DNA of 64,000 nucleotides from a virus: IMG/VR virus record IMGVR_UViG_3300045988_149609; one strand, 5' to 3'. Shown piece by piece: positions 1 to 7,028 of this stretch (position 1 is its first letter; each line of letters starts with the position of its first letter). The notes under the pieces were generated by a model. It saw only the letters and a program-made list of their open reading frames with translations, ran no database searches and was not told where the DNA came from. The position numbers and the translations under genes were made by a program.

Positions 1-156
1 TCAGATAATACAATTAATATTTATATAGGTAGATTGTGTAAAAAAGAATTACTTATTAAAAAAGGTAGAGGCGTTTATATGTTAAATCCTAAATACTTCT
101 TTAAAGGTACTTTGACGGATAGAAGTAAATTAAGAATGACTTTAGAAACAGAATAA
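1..156 (+). CDS. 3' end of a gene truncated by the window start; C-terminal winged-helix-like tail (…LLIKKGRGVYMLNPKYF…)
   Basis: Open frame from nt 1 to the TAA at 154-156. The G-x-G-x-Y-x-L tail is typical of wHTH C-termini. Confidence 0.3.
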   Translation, partial: SDNTINIYIGRLCKKELLIKKGRGVYMLNPKYFFKGTLTDRSKLRMTLETE

Positions 157-166
157 TGTTATTTTA

Positions 167-192
167 TTTGTTTAAAATATTGTTTAATTTTG
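167..192 (+). promoter_or_regulatory. Putative Bacteroidota-type promoter (TTTG … TAATTTTGca) upstream of the 213 CDS
   Basis: TAATTTTG at 185-192 followed by CA. The same TAnnTTTGCA box recurs upstream of at least 7 other genes in the window. Confidence 0.4.
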
Positions 193-212
193 CAACTTAA
201 AATATATAATAT

Positions 213-773
213 ATGATAGGAACGCATGATAGTTTTACTTATTTAAAAGCAAAACATAAAATATATGAATTGTTTTCATTTTTATGGAGAACACAAACTA
301 AATCTCTAGAAGAACAAATAGAAAATGGAGTTACCTACTTTGATATAAGAGTACATAGAACTAAAGATAATCAATGGGAATTGTGTCATGGATTAGTAAA
401 CTTTGATAAATCCTACCAATCTTTAGCTACTCTACTCAAAGAATTAGCTAGGTTTAATATTAGATTAATTTTAGAAAAAGGTACAAAACAAGATGAAATA
501 GAGTTTGAAAAATTGATTTATGTACTTAAATACAGATATAATAATTTAGTTTTTTCAGCTATTAAAAAGAATTGGAAAGTATTACATAATACACATTTAG
601 CTATTATGGATTATACTTATATTCCTTTTTATTCAGATCTTTCATTTTGGCAAAATATTAAAAGGATGAATTGGTTTAGTACTATTAAAAAATGGGCTAA
701 AAAACATAATCCTGTTATTACACAAGATATGAAAAATGATATTAATGTTGTTTATTTTATAGATAGATTATAA
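213..773 (+). CDS. PI-PLC-like phosphodiesterase (PLC X-domain / GDPD superfamily)
   Basis: The N-terminal motifs align well with the Bacillus PI-PLC active-site region. Matches are IGTHDS (IPGTHDSG), GVTYFDIRV (GARIFDIRG) and CHGL (HHGP). Confidence 0.6.
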   Translation: MIGTHDSFTYLKAKHKIYELFSFLWRTQTKSLEEQIENGVTYFDIRVHRTKDNQWELCHGLVNFDKSYQSLATLLKELARFNIRLILEKGTKQDEIEFEKLIYVLKYRYNNLVFSAIKKNWKVLHNTHLAIMDYTYIPFYSDLSFWQNIKRMNWFSTIKKWAKKHNPVITQDMKNDINVVYFIDRL

Positions 774-3073
774 TGAGTAGAACAAAAGATAATAAAACAA
801 ATAAAAATCAAAATACTTCACAAGAACAAATAAAAGAACAGGAAATGACTTTTCCTTATTATGATTGGATAAATGGATCTTATTATCATAATAAAGAAGA
901 GTATGATGTTCATGCTCCTAATAATATTCTTTGGAAAGAAGTTTCTCAAAAAACTTTAAATGAAGTTAATAAAAAATATAATTTAGGATATAAAGTAGAT
1001 AAAAAAGGAAATGTTGTAAGAAATAAATATACGCATTCACCAATATATGCAGATGGTCGTGAGAATTACCCAGAAGGTGAAGAATATAATAAGTTGTATG
1101 AAAATAATGTTGAAACAAATAAAAGAAGATTAGAACTTGAAAAAACAGCAAAAATAAAAACAAAATCTTCTTCAACTGTAGATCCTGGAGGAGTAAAAAT
1201 AGCTGGAATAATTCAACAAATAGGAGCTACAACTCCAAATAATAATCCACAAGCAGTAGCACAAAGAAACGCACAAGCAAAACAAAGGCAAGTACAGCAA
1301 CAAACAGAAAATAAAGATTATATAGAAAATCAAAAAAAATTAGGAGAATTATTTTTAAATTCTGCAGCACTTGCTACTTCTATTGCAGCAATGGGGTCTC
1401 AAATAGGTAGTGCTGTATATAACAATAAAGCAAATAATTTATTATTTAGACAAGGATATGCTACAGGAATAAATAATCCAAAATATATAAACTATACAAA
1501 TATTGCTAATGATTTAGATCGTATATATAAAGTAGCAGATGCTATAAATTTACCCATAGATATTGCTCAATTTGCAACAAGTTCTGGCCCAAAAGAACAA
1601 GTTTATAATGGAATACAATTAGGGCTATCAGGTATAAAATATGTACCTATAAATAATCCTGCTTTCGGTGTAGTTAAACCTGTTACTAGTTTTGTAGGTA
1701 ATTTAATGGAACCTATTTCATTAGGTTTTAAAGAAGGAGGCCCACTTAAAAAATCATACAAAGATTTTTCTACTAGATTATCTAAAGCATGGGGTAATCA
1801 AGATTTAAGTCAAGATAATTATGATTATCAAAAGTATTATAATGATGATCCAGATAGAGCTTATAGGCAACTAGAATCTATTGAAAAAGGAGGGCAAGGC
1901 CATTTTGATGATGAGGGAAAAAGTGGCACTTATAAAACACCTAATCATGCTACTTATCCTGATTTAGGTGCTAATTCTTGGCTTGATGATGGTAGAATAT
2001 TTAATATATCTGCAAGACAAGCTAATCAAGGATTAGATAATATAAGAGATGAAATAAATACAGATAGAATATTAGACTATTTAGGACATGATTTGAATTA
2101 TAATAATGGAGCTACTAAAGTAATATATGATGGGGCATATCAATTACCTTCAGTAACAGTTGTTTCTACTCCAAAAGGTAATTATGCAAGAACAGAACTT
2201 ATCCCTAATGAATTAGGTACAGGTTGGATGTATAGAGATAGAGCTGGAAGGTTTGCTAATTTTAATTATGATTATGTAAATCGTTATGACGGAAATCAAA
2301 AAGCATTAAGTGGTAATTTATTTAGAAATGGTTCTTGGATGCCTAATAAACAATGGCGAAATAGAATTTCTGCATGGGAAGGTTCTTCAATGTATAGACC
2401 TGCACCTGATACAGGTAGAGTTAATAGTTCTTTTCAAGCAGAAGCTAGTAGATTTTTATCTGTTTTACCAAAAAAAGCATTACAGAAATTACCTGAACAA
2501 GCAATAAATGCTTTATATAGTTATAGTTATAATGTAGGTGCAGGTAACTTTAAAAAGAGAGTTGTACCTGTATTAAATAAATATCTTGATGGAAAAGCTT
2601 CTTTACAACAAGTTACAAATAGTATGTATGCTACTAAAGATTCTCAATTAAGAGGTTTACAAAAAAGAAGAAGATATGAAAGAGGAGCTTTTGAAGCAGC
2701 TATTACAGGTAAAGATTTAACAGGTACTAATGCTTATCAGCAATATGATCCATTAACAAGTAATTATCAATCAAGTAATTCACCTGCCACTAAAAGAAGA
2801 AATATTCAATGGACAGACACAATTAATTTAAATGATGGTAGTTTAATACAACCAAATCAACAAGCTCCTTCTTTAATGCAACAATTAGCACATTCTGAAG
2901 AAATTTTAGCTGAAGCAAACAAGAGAATAAATCAAGTTACAACAAGAATGATGCCTGATGCACAAAGTAATGATCCTTATATTAATGCTGTTTATAATTC
3001 TTCTATTCAAGATAATAGAGAACTTTTAGCAAATGATTTAAAAACATATTTAGAAACAAGTTTAAATTATTAA
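773..3073 (+). CDS. Large (766 aa) putative virion-associated protein with C-terminal GH24 (T4/lambda-type) lysozyme-like domain
   Basis: Residues ~530-640 align with T4 lysozyme. Matches are AWEGSS (catalytic Glu), AINALYSYSYNVGAGNF versus AINMVFQMGETGVAGF, and LQKRRRYERGAF versus RAKRVITTFRTG. The ATG overlaps the upstream stop (TAATG). Confidence 0.55.
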   Translation: MSRTKDNKTNKNQNTSQEQIKEQEMTFPYYDWINGSYYHNKEEYDVHAPNNILWKEVSQKTLNEVNKKYNLGYKVDKKGNVVRNKYTHSPIYADGRENYPEGEEYNKLYENNVETNKRRLELEKTAKIKTKSSSTVDPGGVKIAGIIQQIGATTPNNNPQAVAQRNAQAKQRQVQQQTENKDYIENQKKLGELFLNSAALATSIAAMGSQIGSAVYNNKANNLLFRQGYATGINNPKYINYTNIANDLDRIYKVADAINLPIDIAQFATSSGPKEQVYNGIQLGLSGIKYVPINNPAFGVVKPVTSFVGNLMEPISLGFKEGGPLKKSYKDFSTRLSKAWGNQDLSQDNYDYQKYYNDDPDRAYRQLESIEKGGQGHFDDEGKSGTYKTPNHATYPDLGANSWLDDGRIFNISARQANQGLDNIRDEINTDRILDYLGHDLNYNNGATKVIYDGAYQLPSVTVVSTPKGNYARTELIPNELGTGWMYRDRAGRFANFNYDYVNRYDGNQKALSGNLFRNGSWMPNKQWRNRISAWEGSSMYRPAPDTGRVNSSFQAEASRFLSVLPKKALQKLPEQAINALYSYSYNVGAGNFKKRVVPVLNKYLDGKASLQQVTNSMYATKDSQLRGLQKRRRYERGAFEAAITGKDLTGTNAYQQYDPLTSNYQSSNSPATKRRNIQWTDTINLNDGSLIQPNQQAPSLMQQLAHSEEILAEANKRINQVTTRMMPDAQSNDPYINAVYNSSIQDNRELLANDLKTYLETSLNY

Positions 3074-3198
3074 TTGAAATAAATAATTTTGAAGATTATG
3101 TTGCAGCAATTACTGCTAATGCTAATCAATATTCACCAACACTTCCAAATAATCTTCAAACAGGAATTAATACTTATGATTCTGTAAATGAATTACCT

Positions 3199-3777
3199 TT
3201 GGATAATTATTATTTTTCAGATGTACCATTAGAACAACATCCAGAAATTAATAAAAGCATAGCTAATAGTTTAGCTAATTCAGTAGTTACACCAACTACA
3301 CCAGTTACAACATTACCAGAAGCAACAGTAACTGCAAAAAGAAAAAATAGATTTGTAAATGTTAAATCTACAAATTCTAAACCTACAAGAGAAGCTTTAA
3401 TGAAAAAATTAAATTCAGGAAATATTACATTTATAGATAAAAATGGTAAACAAGTAAAAGCAACAAAAGAACAAATAGAAAAAATGAAACGTTGGGTATC
3501 TGGGCCTATGACAGGTAATCCTCCTTTAACGATAAGGGGGTTTGCATATAATATGCTACGAATTGCAGGTGCTCGAATAGCACATAAATTACCAATGATT
3601 GGAAAAATAGGATCTACAATAAAATCTGGTCTTAAAAAAGTAGAAGATATGTTACCTAAAAGATATGATAATCCAACCCCAACAAATGGAAGATATATAA
3701 GTGCTGGTAAAAAAGGACTTAAACGTCTTTCTTCTAGTAGTAAAGCTGCTACTAGAAATGCTTTATTAAATCCTTAA
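3199..3777 (+). CDS. Hypothetical basic protein (192 aa)
   Basis: Uninterrupted ORF, K/R-rich, no recognisable motif. Confidence 0.4.
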   Translation: MDNYYFSDVPLEQHPEINKSIANSLANSVVTPTTPVTTLPEATVTAKRKNRFVNVKSTNSKPTREALMKKLNSGNITFIDKNGKQVKATKEQIEKMKRWVSGPMTGNPPLTIRGFAYNMLRIAGARIAHKLPMIGKIGSTIKSGLKKVEDMLPKRYDNPTPTNGRYISAGKKGLKRLSSSSKAATRNALLNP

Positions 3778-3801
3778 AAAATATTAAAATTTAATTAATT
3801 G

Positions 3802-3833
3802 TTTGGTTATAAATAAATAATTAACTATCTTTG
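3802..3833 (+). promoter_or_regulatory. Bacteroidota-type promoter (-33 TTTG at 3802-3805, -7 TATCTTTG at 3826-3833) driving the tRNA array
   Basis: Canonical spacing of about 20 nt between TTTG and TAnnTTTG. It lies in the gap between the 3199 CDS and the first tRNA. Confidence 0.45.
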
Positions 3834-3941
3834 CACTGCTTCTGTGAAGAAGTAATGCAAGTTAAATGGTTATTGGGGATAGTTTATATTATCTTGAAGG
3901 TTCTAGATATAAACTTTTATGTAAGATTAAACCTTCATATT

Positions 3942-4013
3942 TGGCTAATAGTTCAATGGTTAGAACAGTAGACTGTTAATCTATTAATCTAAGTTCGATT
4001 CTTAGTGTCCCAA
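3942..4013 (+). tRNA. tRNA-Asn(GTT)-like, possibly defective (acceptor stem pairs only 4 of 7)
   Basis: Good D-arm (GTTC/GAAC), anticodon stem-loop with GTT at 3975-3977, T-arm CTAAG-TTCGATT-CTTAG and discriminator A. The 5' acceptor TGGCTAA does not pair with the 3' TGTCCCA at three central positions. Confidence 0.4.
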
Positions 4014-4017
4014 CAAT

Positions 4018-4095
4018 ATTTCGGTAGCTCAGATGGTTAGAGTACCAGAGAGAGAGGAACTCTGGAGGTCATTGGTTCAAATCCAATCTGAAGTA
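4018..4095 (+). tRNA. Atypical tRNA-like gene (78 nt) with an enlarged 9-nt anticodon loop; identity unclear
   Basis: Fully paired acceptor ATTTCGG/CTGAAGT (two G-U pairs), D-arm GCTC/GAGT and T-arm ATTGG-TTCAAAT-CCAAT. The anticodon arm is a 6-bp stem CCAGAG/CTCTGG enclosing the 9-nt loop AGAGAGGAA. Confidence 0.4.
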
Positions 4096-4180
4096 TTATT
4101 TTATGAAAGGCCCATAGTCCCTGAATATAAATAACTTAGCTGCAGCAATATTGTTATTATTAATTCAAACTATGGGATAT
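4096..4180 (+). repeat. Copy A of a conserved 85-nt structured inter-tRNA spacer element
   Basis: It shares the blocks TAGTCCCTGA, ATAACT, ATATTGTTAT and TTCAAACTAT with copy B. It contains a hairpin AATAAC…GTTATT with an inner palindrome GCTGCAGC. Confidence 0.55.
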
Positions 4181-4253
4181 GCTTCTATAGCTCAGTTGAT
4201 AGAGCAATGGTTTTGTACTCCATGTGTCATAGGTTTGAATCCTATTAGAAGCT
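4181..4253 (+). tRNA. tRNA-Thr(TGT)
   Basis: Acceptor GCTTCTA/TAGAAGC is perfect. D-arm GCTC/GAGC. Anticodon loop TTTGTAC with TGT at 4214-4216. T-arm ATAGG-TTTGAAT-CCTAT. Confidence 0.75.
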
Positions 4254-4258
4254 CAAAT

Positions 4259-4331
4259 GACGCTATCTTCTAAATGGTTAGAAAACAAGATTTTCAATCT
4301 TGTAATTTGGGTTCGATTCCCAATGGCGTTA
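4259..4331 (+). tRNA. tRNA-Glu(TTC)
   Basis: Acceptor GACGCTA/TGGCGTT, all paired with 2 G-U. Anticodon stem CAAGA/TCTTG, loop TTTTCAA with anticodon TTC. T-arm TTGGG-TTCGATT-CCCAA. Confidence 0.7.
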
Positions 4332-4416
4332 CAATTTAATATTTAATTCCTTGTAGTCCCTGATGTAGGATAACTAGCCATGGTGATATTGTTATCATTT
4401 CAAACTATAAGGTTAA
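4332..4416 (+). repeat. Copy B of the conserved 85-nt structured inter-tRNA spacer element
   Basis: Aligns with copy A block by block. The hairpin here is GATAAC…GTTATC, so its outer pair is G-C where copy A has A-T (a compensatory change). The inner palindrome here is CCATGG. Confidence 0.55.
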
Positions 4417-4490
4417 GCATCAGTAGCTCAACTGAATAGAGCAACGCCCTTCTAAGGCGTGGGTTGTGAGTTTGAGTCTCACCTGATGTA
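4417..4490 (+). tRNA. tRNA-Arg(TCT)
   Basis: Acceptor GCATCAG/CTGATGT. D-arm GCTC/GAGC. Anticodon stem ACGCC/GGCGT, loop CTTCTAA with TCT at 4451-4453. T-arm GTGAG-TTTGAGT-CTCAC. Confidence 0.75.
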
Positions 4491-4508
4491 CTATGAAAAA
4501 TTTAAACT

Positions 4509-4679
4509 ATGAAAGATTTAGACACAAATAAAAAAGAAGATTTAAAATTTCATGAATATAAAATTGTTATAGAAGATGGAATAAATTTAGATGAATTAAT
4601 ACGTTTTACAAAAGAATTATTTATTAAAAAATAAATTAATAATTATTTTTAAAGTCAGTATTTTGAATAATACTTATTA
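4509..4679 (+). CDS. Small hypothetical ORF (56 aa) between tRNAs
   Basis: ATG to TAG ORF wedged between tRNA-Arg and tRNA-Lys. Very AT-rich, with no motif. Confidence 0.2.
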
Positions 4680-4751
4680 GAACTGTTAGCTCAATTGGTA
4701 GAGCATCACACTTTTAATGTGAGGGTTATGGAATCGTACTCCATACAGTTC
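4679..4751 (+). tRNA. tRNA-Lys(TTT)
   Basis: Perfect acceptor GAACTGT/ACAGTTC. D-arm GCTC/GAGC. Anticodon stem TCACA/TGTGA, loop CTTTTAA with TTT at 4712-4714. T-arm ATGGA-ATCGTAC-TCCAT (non-canonical T-loop). Confidence 0.7.
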
Positions 4752-4759
4752 ACAAGAAT

Positions 4760-4834
4760 AGGACTCTTAGCTCAGATGGTTAGTAGCAACAAACTCATAA
4801 TTTGAAGGTCATAGGTTCAAATCCTATAGAGTCC
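4760..4834 (+). tRNA. tRNA with CAT anticodon (Met, or Ile2 if lysidine-modified)
   Basis: Perfect acceptor GGACTCT/AGAGTCC. Anticodon loop CTCATAA with CAT at 4795-4797. T-arm ATAGG-TTCAAAT-CCTAT. Confidence 0.7.
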
Positions 4835-4837
4835 ACT

Positions 4838-5104
4838 ATGTGTTATATAGGAAAATTAATTAAAAATAATACAGGAGTAAGTTCAAAGAATTTCTTCTTA
4901 GTAGTAGTAACTATAATTGGTTGTATATTACTTATCATACCTGCTATTATATTAGCTATTGAAGTATTTTATAATCATACAATTGCTACAAATTTAGATG
5001 GAATGGCAGCATATATTGCATCAGTAGCAGCAATATTTACATCTGCAGGAATTACTAAAGCTTGGTCAGAAAGATATGAAAACAATAAAACAAAAGAGAA
5101 TTAA
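4838..5104 (+). CDS. Small membrane protein (88 aa; one strong TM helix)
   Basis: The ORF-track start at 4802 lies inside the tRNA, so it is moved to the in-frame ATG at 4838. The hydrophobic stretch FFLVVVTIIGCILLIIPAIILAI forms the TM helix. Confidence 0.4.
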   Translation: MCYIGKLIKNNTGVSSKNFFLVVVTIIGCILLIIPAIILAIEVFYNHTIATNLDGMAAYIASVAAIFTSAGITKAWSERYENNKTKEN

Positions 5105-5390
5105 AATATTTAATACTACATATACTATTAAATATATAGATAAAATTGAAAATAACGAAAATAAATTTGTGTTTGGTAGAACAAATGCTATAGATAAACA
5201 TATTTATATTGCTACTAAAAATGATAATAACAAAAAGTTATCAAATGTTGAGATAAAAACAACTCTTTATCATGAATTAATTCATGCTATTCTTTCTGAA
5301 GGAGCTTATGGAAAAGAATCAGATAATGAACCTTTAGTAGAATGGATAGCTAAATGTTTAGTACAACTAAATACTAATAATATAATATAA
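5076..5390 (+). CDS. Small protein with HExxH motif (YHELIHAIL); possible mini zinc-metallopeptidase / ImmA-SprT-like
   Basis: HELIH at about residue 76 of 104. No other support. Confidence 0.35.
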   Translation: MKTIKQKRIKIFNTTYTIKYIDKIENNENKFVFGRTNAIDKHIYIATKNDNNKKLSNVEIKTTLYHELIHAILSEGAYGKESDNEPLVEWIAKCLVQLNTNNII

Positions 5391-5401
5391 TAAAATAAAA
5401 T

Positions 5402-5487
5402 GGCTTCATGGTGAAAATGGTAGACACGAAGGACTTAAAATCCTTTGGGCAGAAATGTCCGTGCGAGTTCGAGTCTCGCTGAAGCTA
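5402..5487 (+). tRNA. tRNA-Leu(TAA), type II with long variable arm
   Basis: Acceptor GGCTTCA/TGAAGCT. Anticodon stem AAGGA/TCCTT, loop CTTAAAA with TAA at 5436-5438. 17-nt variable arm. T-arm GCGAG-TTCGAGT-CTCGC. Confidence 0.75.
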
Positions 5488-5506
5488 CTTAATTAAAATA
5501 AAAAAT

Positions 5507-5710
5507 ATGATAGGCAAAAAAGTAAAATCTATTAATACTATTGATCAACAATGGCAAGCAGAAAGTGATGCTAGAACTCTTGCTACATATCAAGAAATAT
5601 TAGCTGATAAAAATAGAATGAATAGAGCTGTTAAAGAAGCAAATAAGCAAGCAGCAAATCTTACTAAAAGAGCAGCTTTAATGAAGAAAGCAGCTATTAA
5701 AAAGAAATAA
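5507..5710 (+). CDS. Hypothetical small basic coiled-coil protein (67 aa)
   Basis: ORF packed in a co-directional operon. Confidence 0.35.
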   Translation: MIGKKVKSINTIDQQWQAESDARTLATYQEILADKNRMNRAVKEANKQAANLTKRAALMKKAAIKKK

Positions 5711-5711
5711 T

Positions 5712-5850
5712 TATGATAAAAACATTACATGCTGATACAGCTAAACAATTAGCTGAAGCAATAAATAAAAGAAATATTACAAAGAACGAAATACTTAATA
5801 TCATTAAGATGGAAGATCAATTTGTAGTATTTTATGAAAAAGAATATTGA
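5712..5850 (+). CDS. Hypothetical small protein (45 aa)
   Basis: Its ATG is 2 nt after the upstream stop. Its stop overlaps the next start (5847). Confidence 0.25.
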
Positions 5851-6080
5851 ATATGAGTGAAAAAATAGTTTTAAAAAATCCCACTCATACAAAAGCAGAA
5901 TATAATGAAGAAGAAGTATATTATTGTTTAAATTGTTTATCATTACGTGTAGTTAACATTAGTGATTTAGACTACTGTGATAAATGTGGTTCTATTGATA
6001 TAGGACATTGTAATATAAAAGAGTGGGAAGAAAAGTATATAAAAAAGTACGGACATAAATACATACAAAATGGAAAATAA
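5847..6080 (+). CDS. Small zinc-ribbon protein (CxxC…CxxC…HC)
   Basis: CLNC … CDKCGSIDIGHC cysteine pairs. Confidence 0.4.
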   Translation: MNMSEKIVLKNPTHTKAEYNEEEVYYCLNCLSLRVVNISDLDYCDKCGSIDIGHCNIKEWEEKYIKKYGHKYIQNGK

Positions 6081-6405
6081 ACAACGAATAAACACTGAAA
6101 AACTAAGTTATGAAGAATTGAGTAATGTATGTAATCAACTTGATACAAAGTGTAGACAACTTTCACAACAATTGTATCAATTGCAACAATCACAAGCATT
6201 ACTTAGACTTGAATTTCTTTTTAAGATTATAGATAAGAAAGATTCTTTTGATAAAGATTTTGTTAATAATTGTGTTAATGAAATTAAAGAAATTATGACA
6301 ATTAAAGAAGAATCTGAAGTTAAAGAAGAAATAAAAGAAAATAAAGAATCTGTTAATGAATCATCAAATGAAGTAGCAGGTTGTAAACGTTTTATAGCAG
6401 AATAA
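6070..6405 (+). CDS. Hypothetical coiled-coil, acidic protein (111 aa)
   Basis: ORF with heptad-like repeats and an E/K-rich tail. Confidence 0.35.
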   Translation: MENKQRINTEKLSYEELSNVCNQLDTKCRQLSQQLYQLQQSQALLRLEFLFKIIDKKDSFDKDFVNNCVNEIKEIMTIKEESEVKEEIKENKESVNESSNEVAGCKRFIAE

Positions 6406-6406
6406 T

Positions 6407-6784
6407 ATGGAAAAGAAAGTTATTAGAATACCAACAAATTTAAATGATTTTTTTAAATGTTGGTTTATTTTCCTTTCTCCTTTACATAATCTTACTAATC
6501 GTGAATTAGATGTTGCTGCTGAATTTTTAAAGAAAAGATATGAATTAAGTAAGAGCATTATTAATAATGATGATTTATTGGAAAGTACTCTTATGAATGA
6601 AGCAACTAAAAGAGAAATTAGAGAAAGTTGTAATCTTTCAGCTACTCATTTTCAAGTAATTATGGGTAAACTTAGAAAAGCTAGAATTATAGAAAATAAC
6701 AGAATTAATCCTAAATATATTCCTAATTTGAAAGAAGATAAAGGTGTTATTCAATTAGTTATTTTATTTGATATAAATGAATGA
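6407..6784 (+). CDS. Hypothetical protein (125 aa), possible HTH regulator
   Basis: LSATHFQVIMGKLRKARII is a helix-turn-helix-like segment. Weak. Confidence 0.3.
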   Translation: MEKKVIRIPTNLNDFFKCWFIFLSPLHNLTNRELDVAAEFLKKRYELSKSIINNDDLLESTLMNEATKREIRESCNLSATHFQVIMGKLRKARIIENNRINPKYIPNLKEDKGVIQLVILFDINE

Positions 6785-7028
6785 AATTTATAAACAAGTA
6801 GCTAATAAGTTAGGGTTATCCAAAAAAGATGTAGAATTAGTATATAAAATGTATTGTTCTCTTATAAGAGAGAAAATTGAAAAAGTTGATATTGATAATA
6901 TAGATTATACTGATACTACTAAAGGAGAAGGTTCTTTAATGAGTTTTAATCTAACAAGATTAGGTAAAATTTATTTGAATAAAAATAAAATAAAAAGGAA
7001 GAATGAAGTTAAACATAAAGAAAATTAA
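6777..7028 (+). CDS. Hypothetical protein (83 aa)
   Basis: ORF overlapping both neighbours. Confidence 0.3.
   Translation: MNEIYKQVANKLGLSKKDVELVYKMYCSLIREKIEKVDIDNIDYTDTTKGEGSLMSFNLTRLGKIYLNKNKIKRKNEVKHKEN

Noticed and set aside
966-1175. Minus-strand 60-130-aa ORFs nested inside large + strand genes (e.g. 966..1175, 11679..11873, 19279..19560, 24642..24914, 25458..25808, 28436..28801, 29430..29819, 42392..42748, 53472..53699, 60441..60653)
   Set aside because: They are antisense to long, well-supported ORFs. They are rich in F/I/L/Y from AT-rich antisense reading, and they lack start contexts. They are spurious.
3841-3941. Possible additional tRNA or tmRNA upstream of the first tRNA (AGTTAAATGGTTA D-loop-like string; AAGGTT…AACCTT inverted repeat)
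   Set aside because: I could not fold it into a cloverleaf with paired acceptor and T-arms. It may be leader structure only.
3780-5500. tRNA cluster as a possible integration (att) site or mobile island
   Set aside because: No integrase, recombinase, direct repeats of a tRNA 3' end or composition shift flank the array. The tRNAs match the phage's own codon bias.
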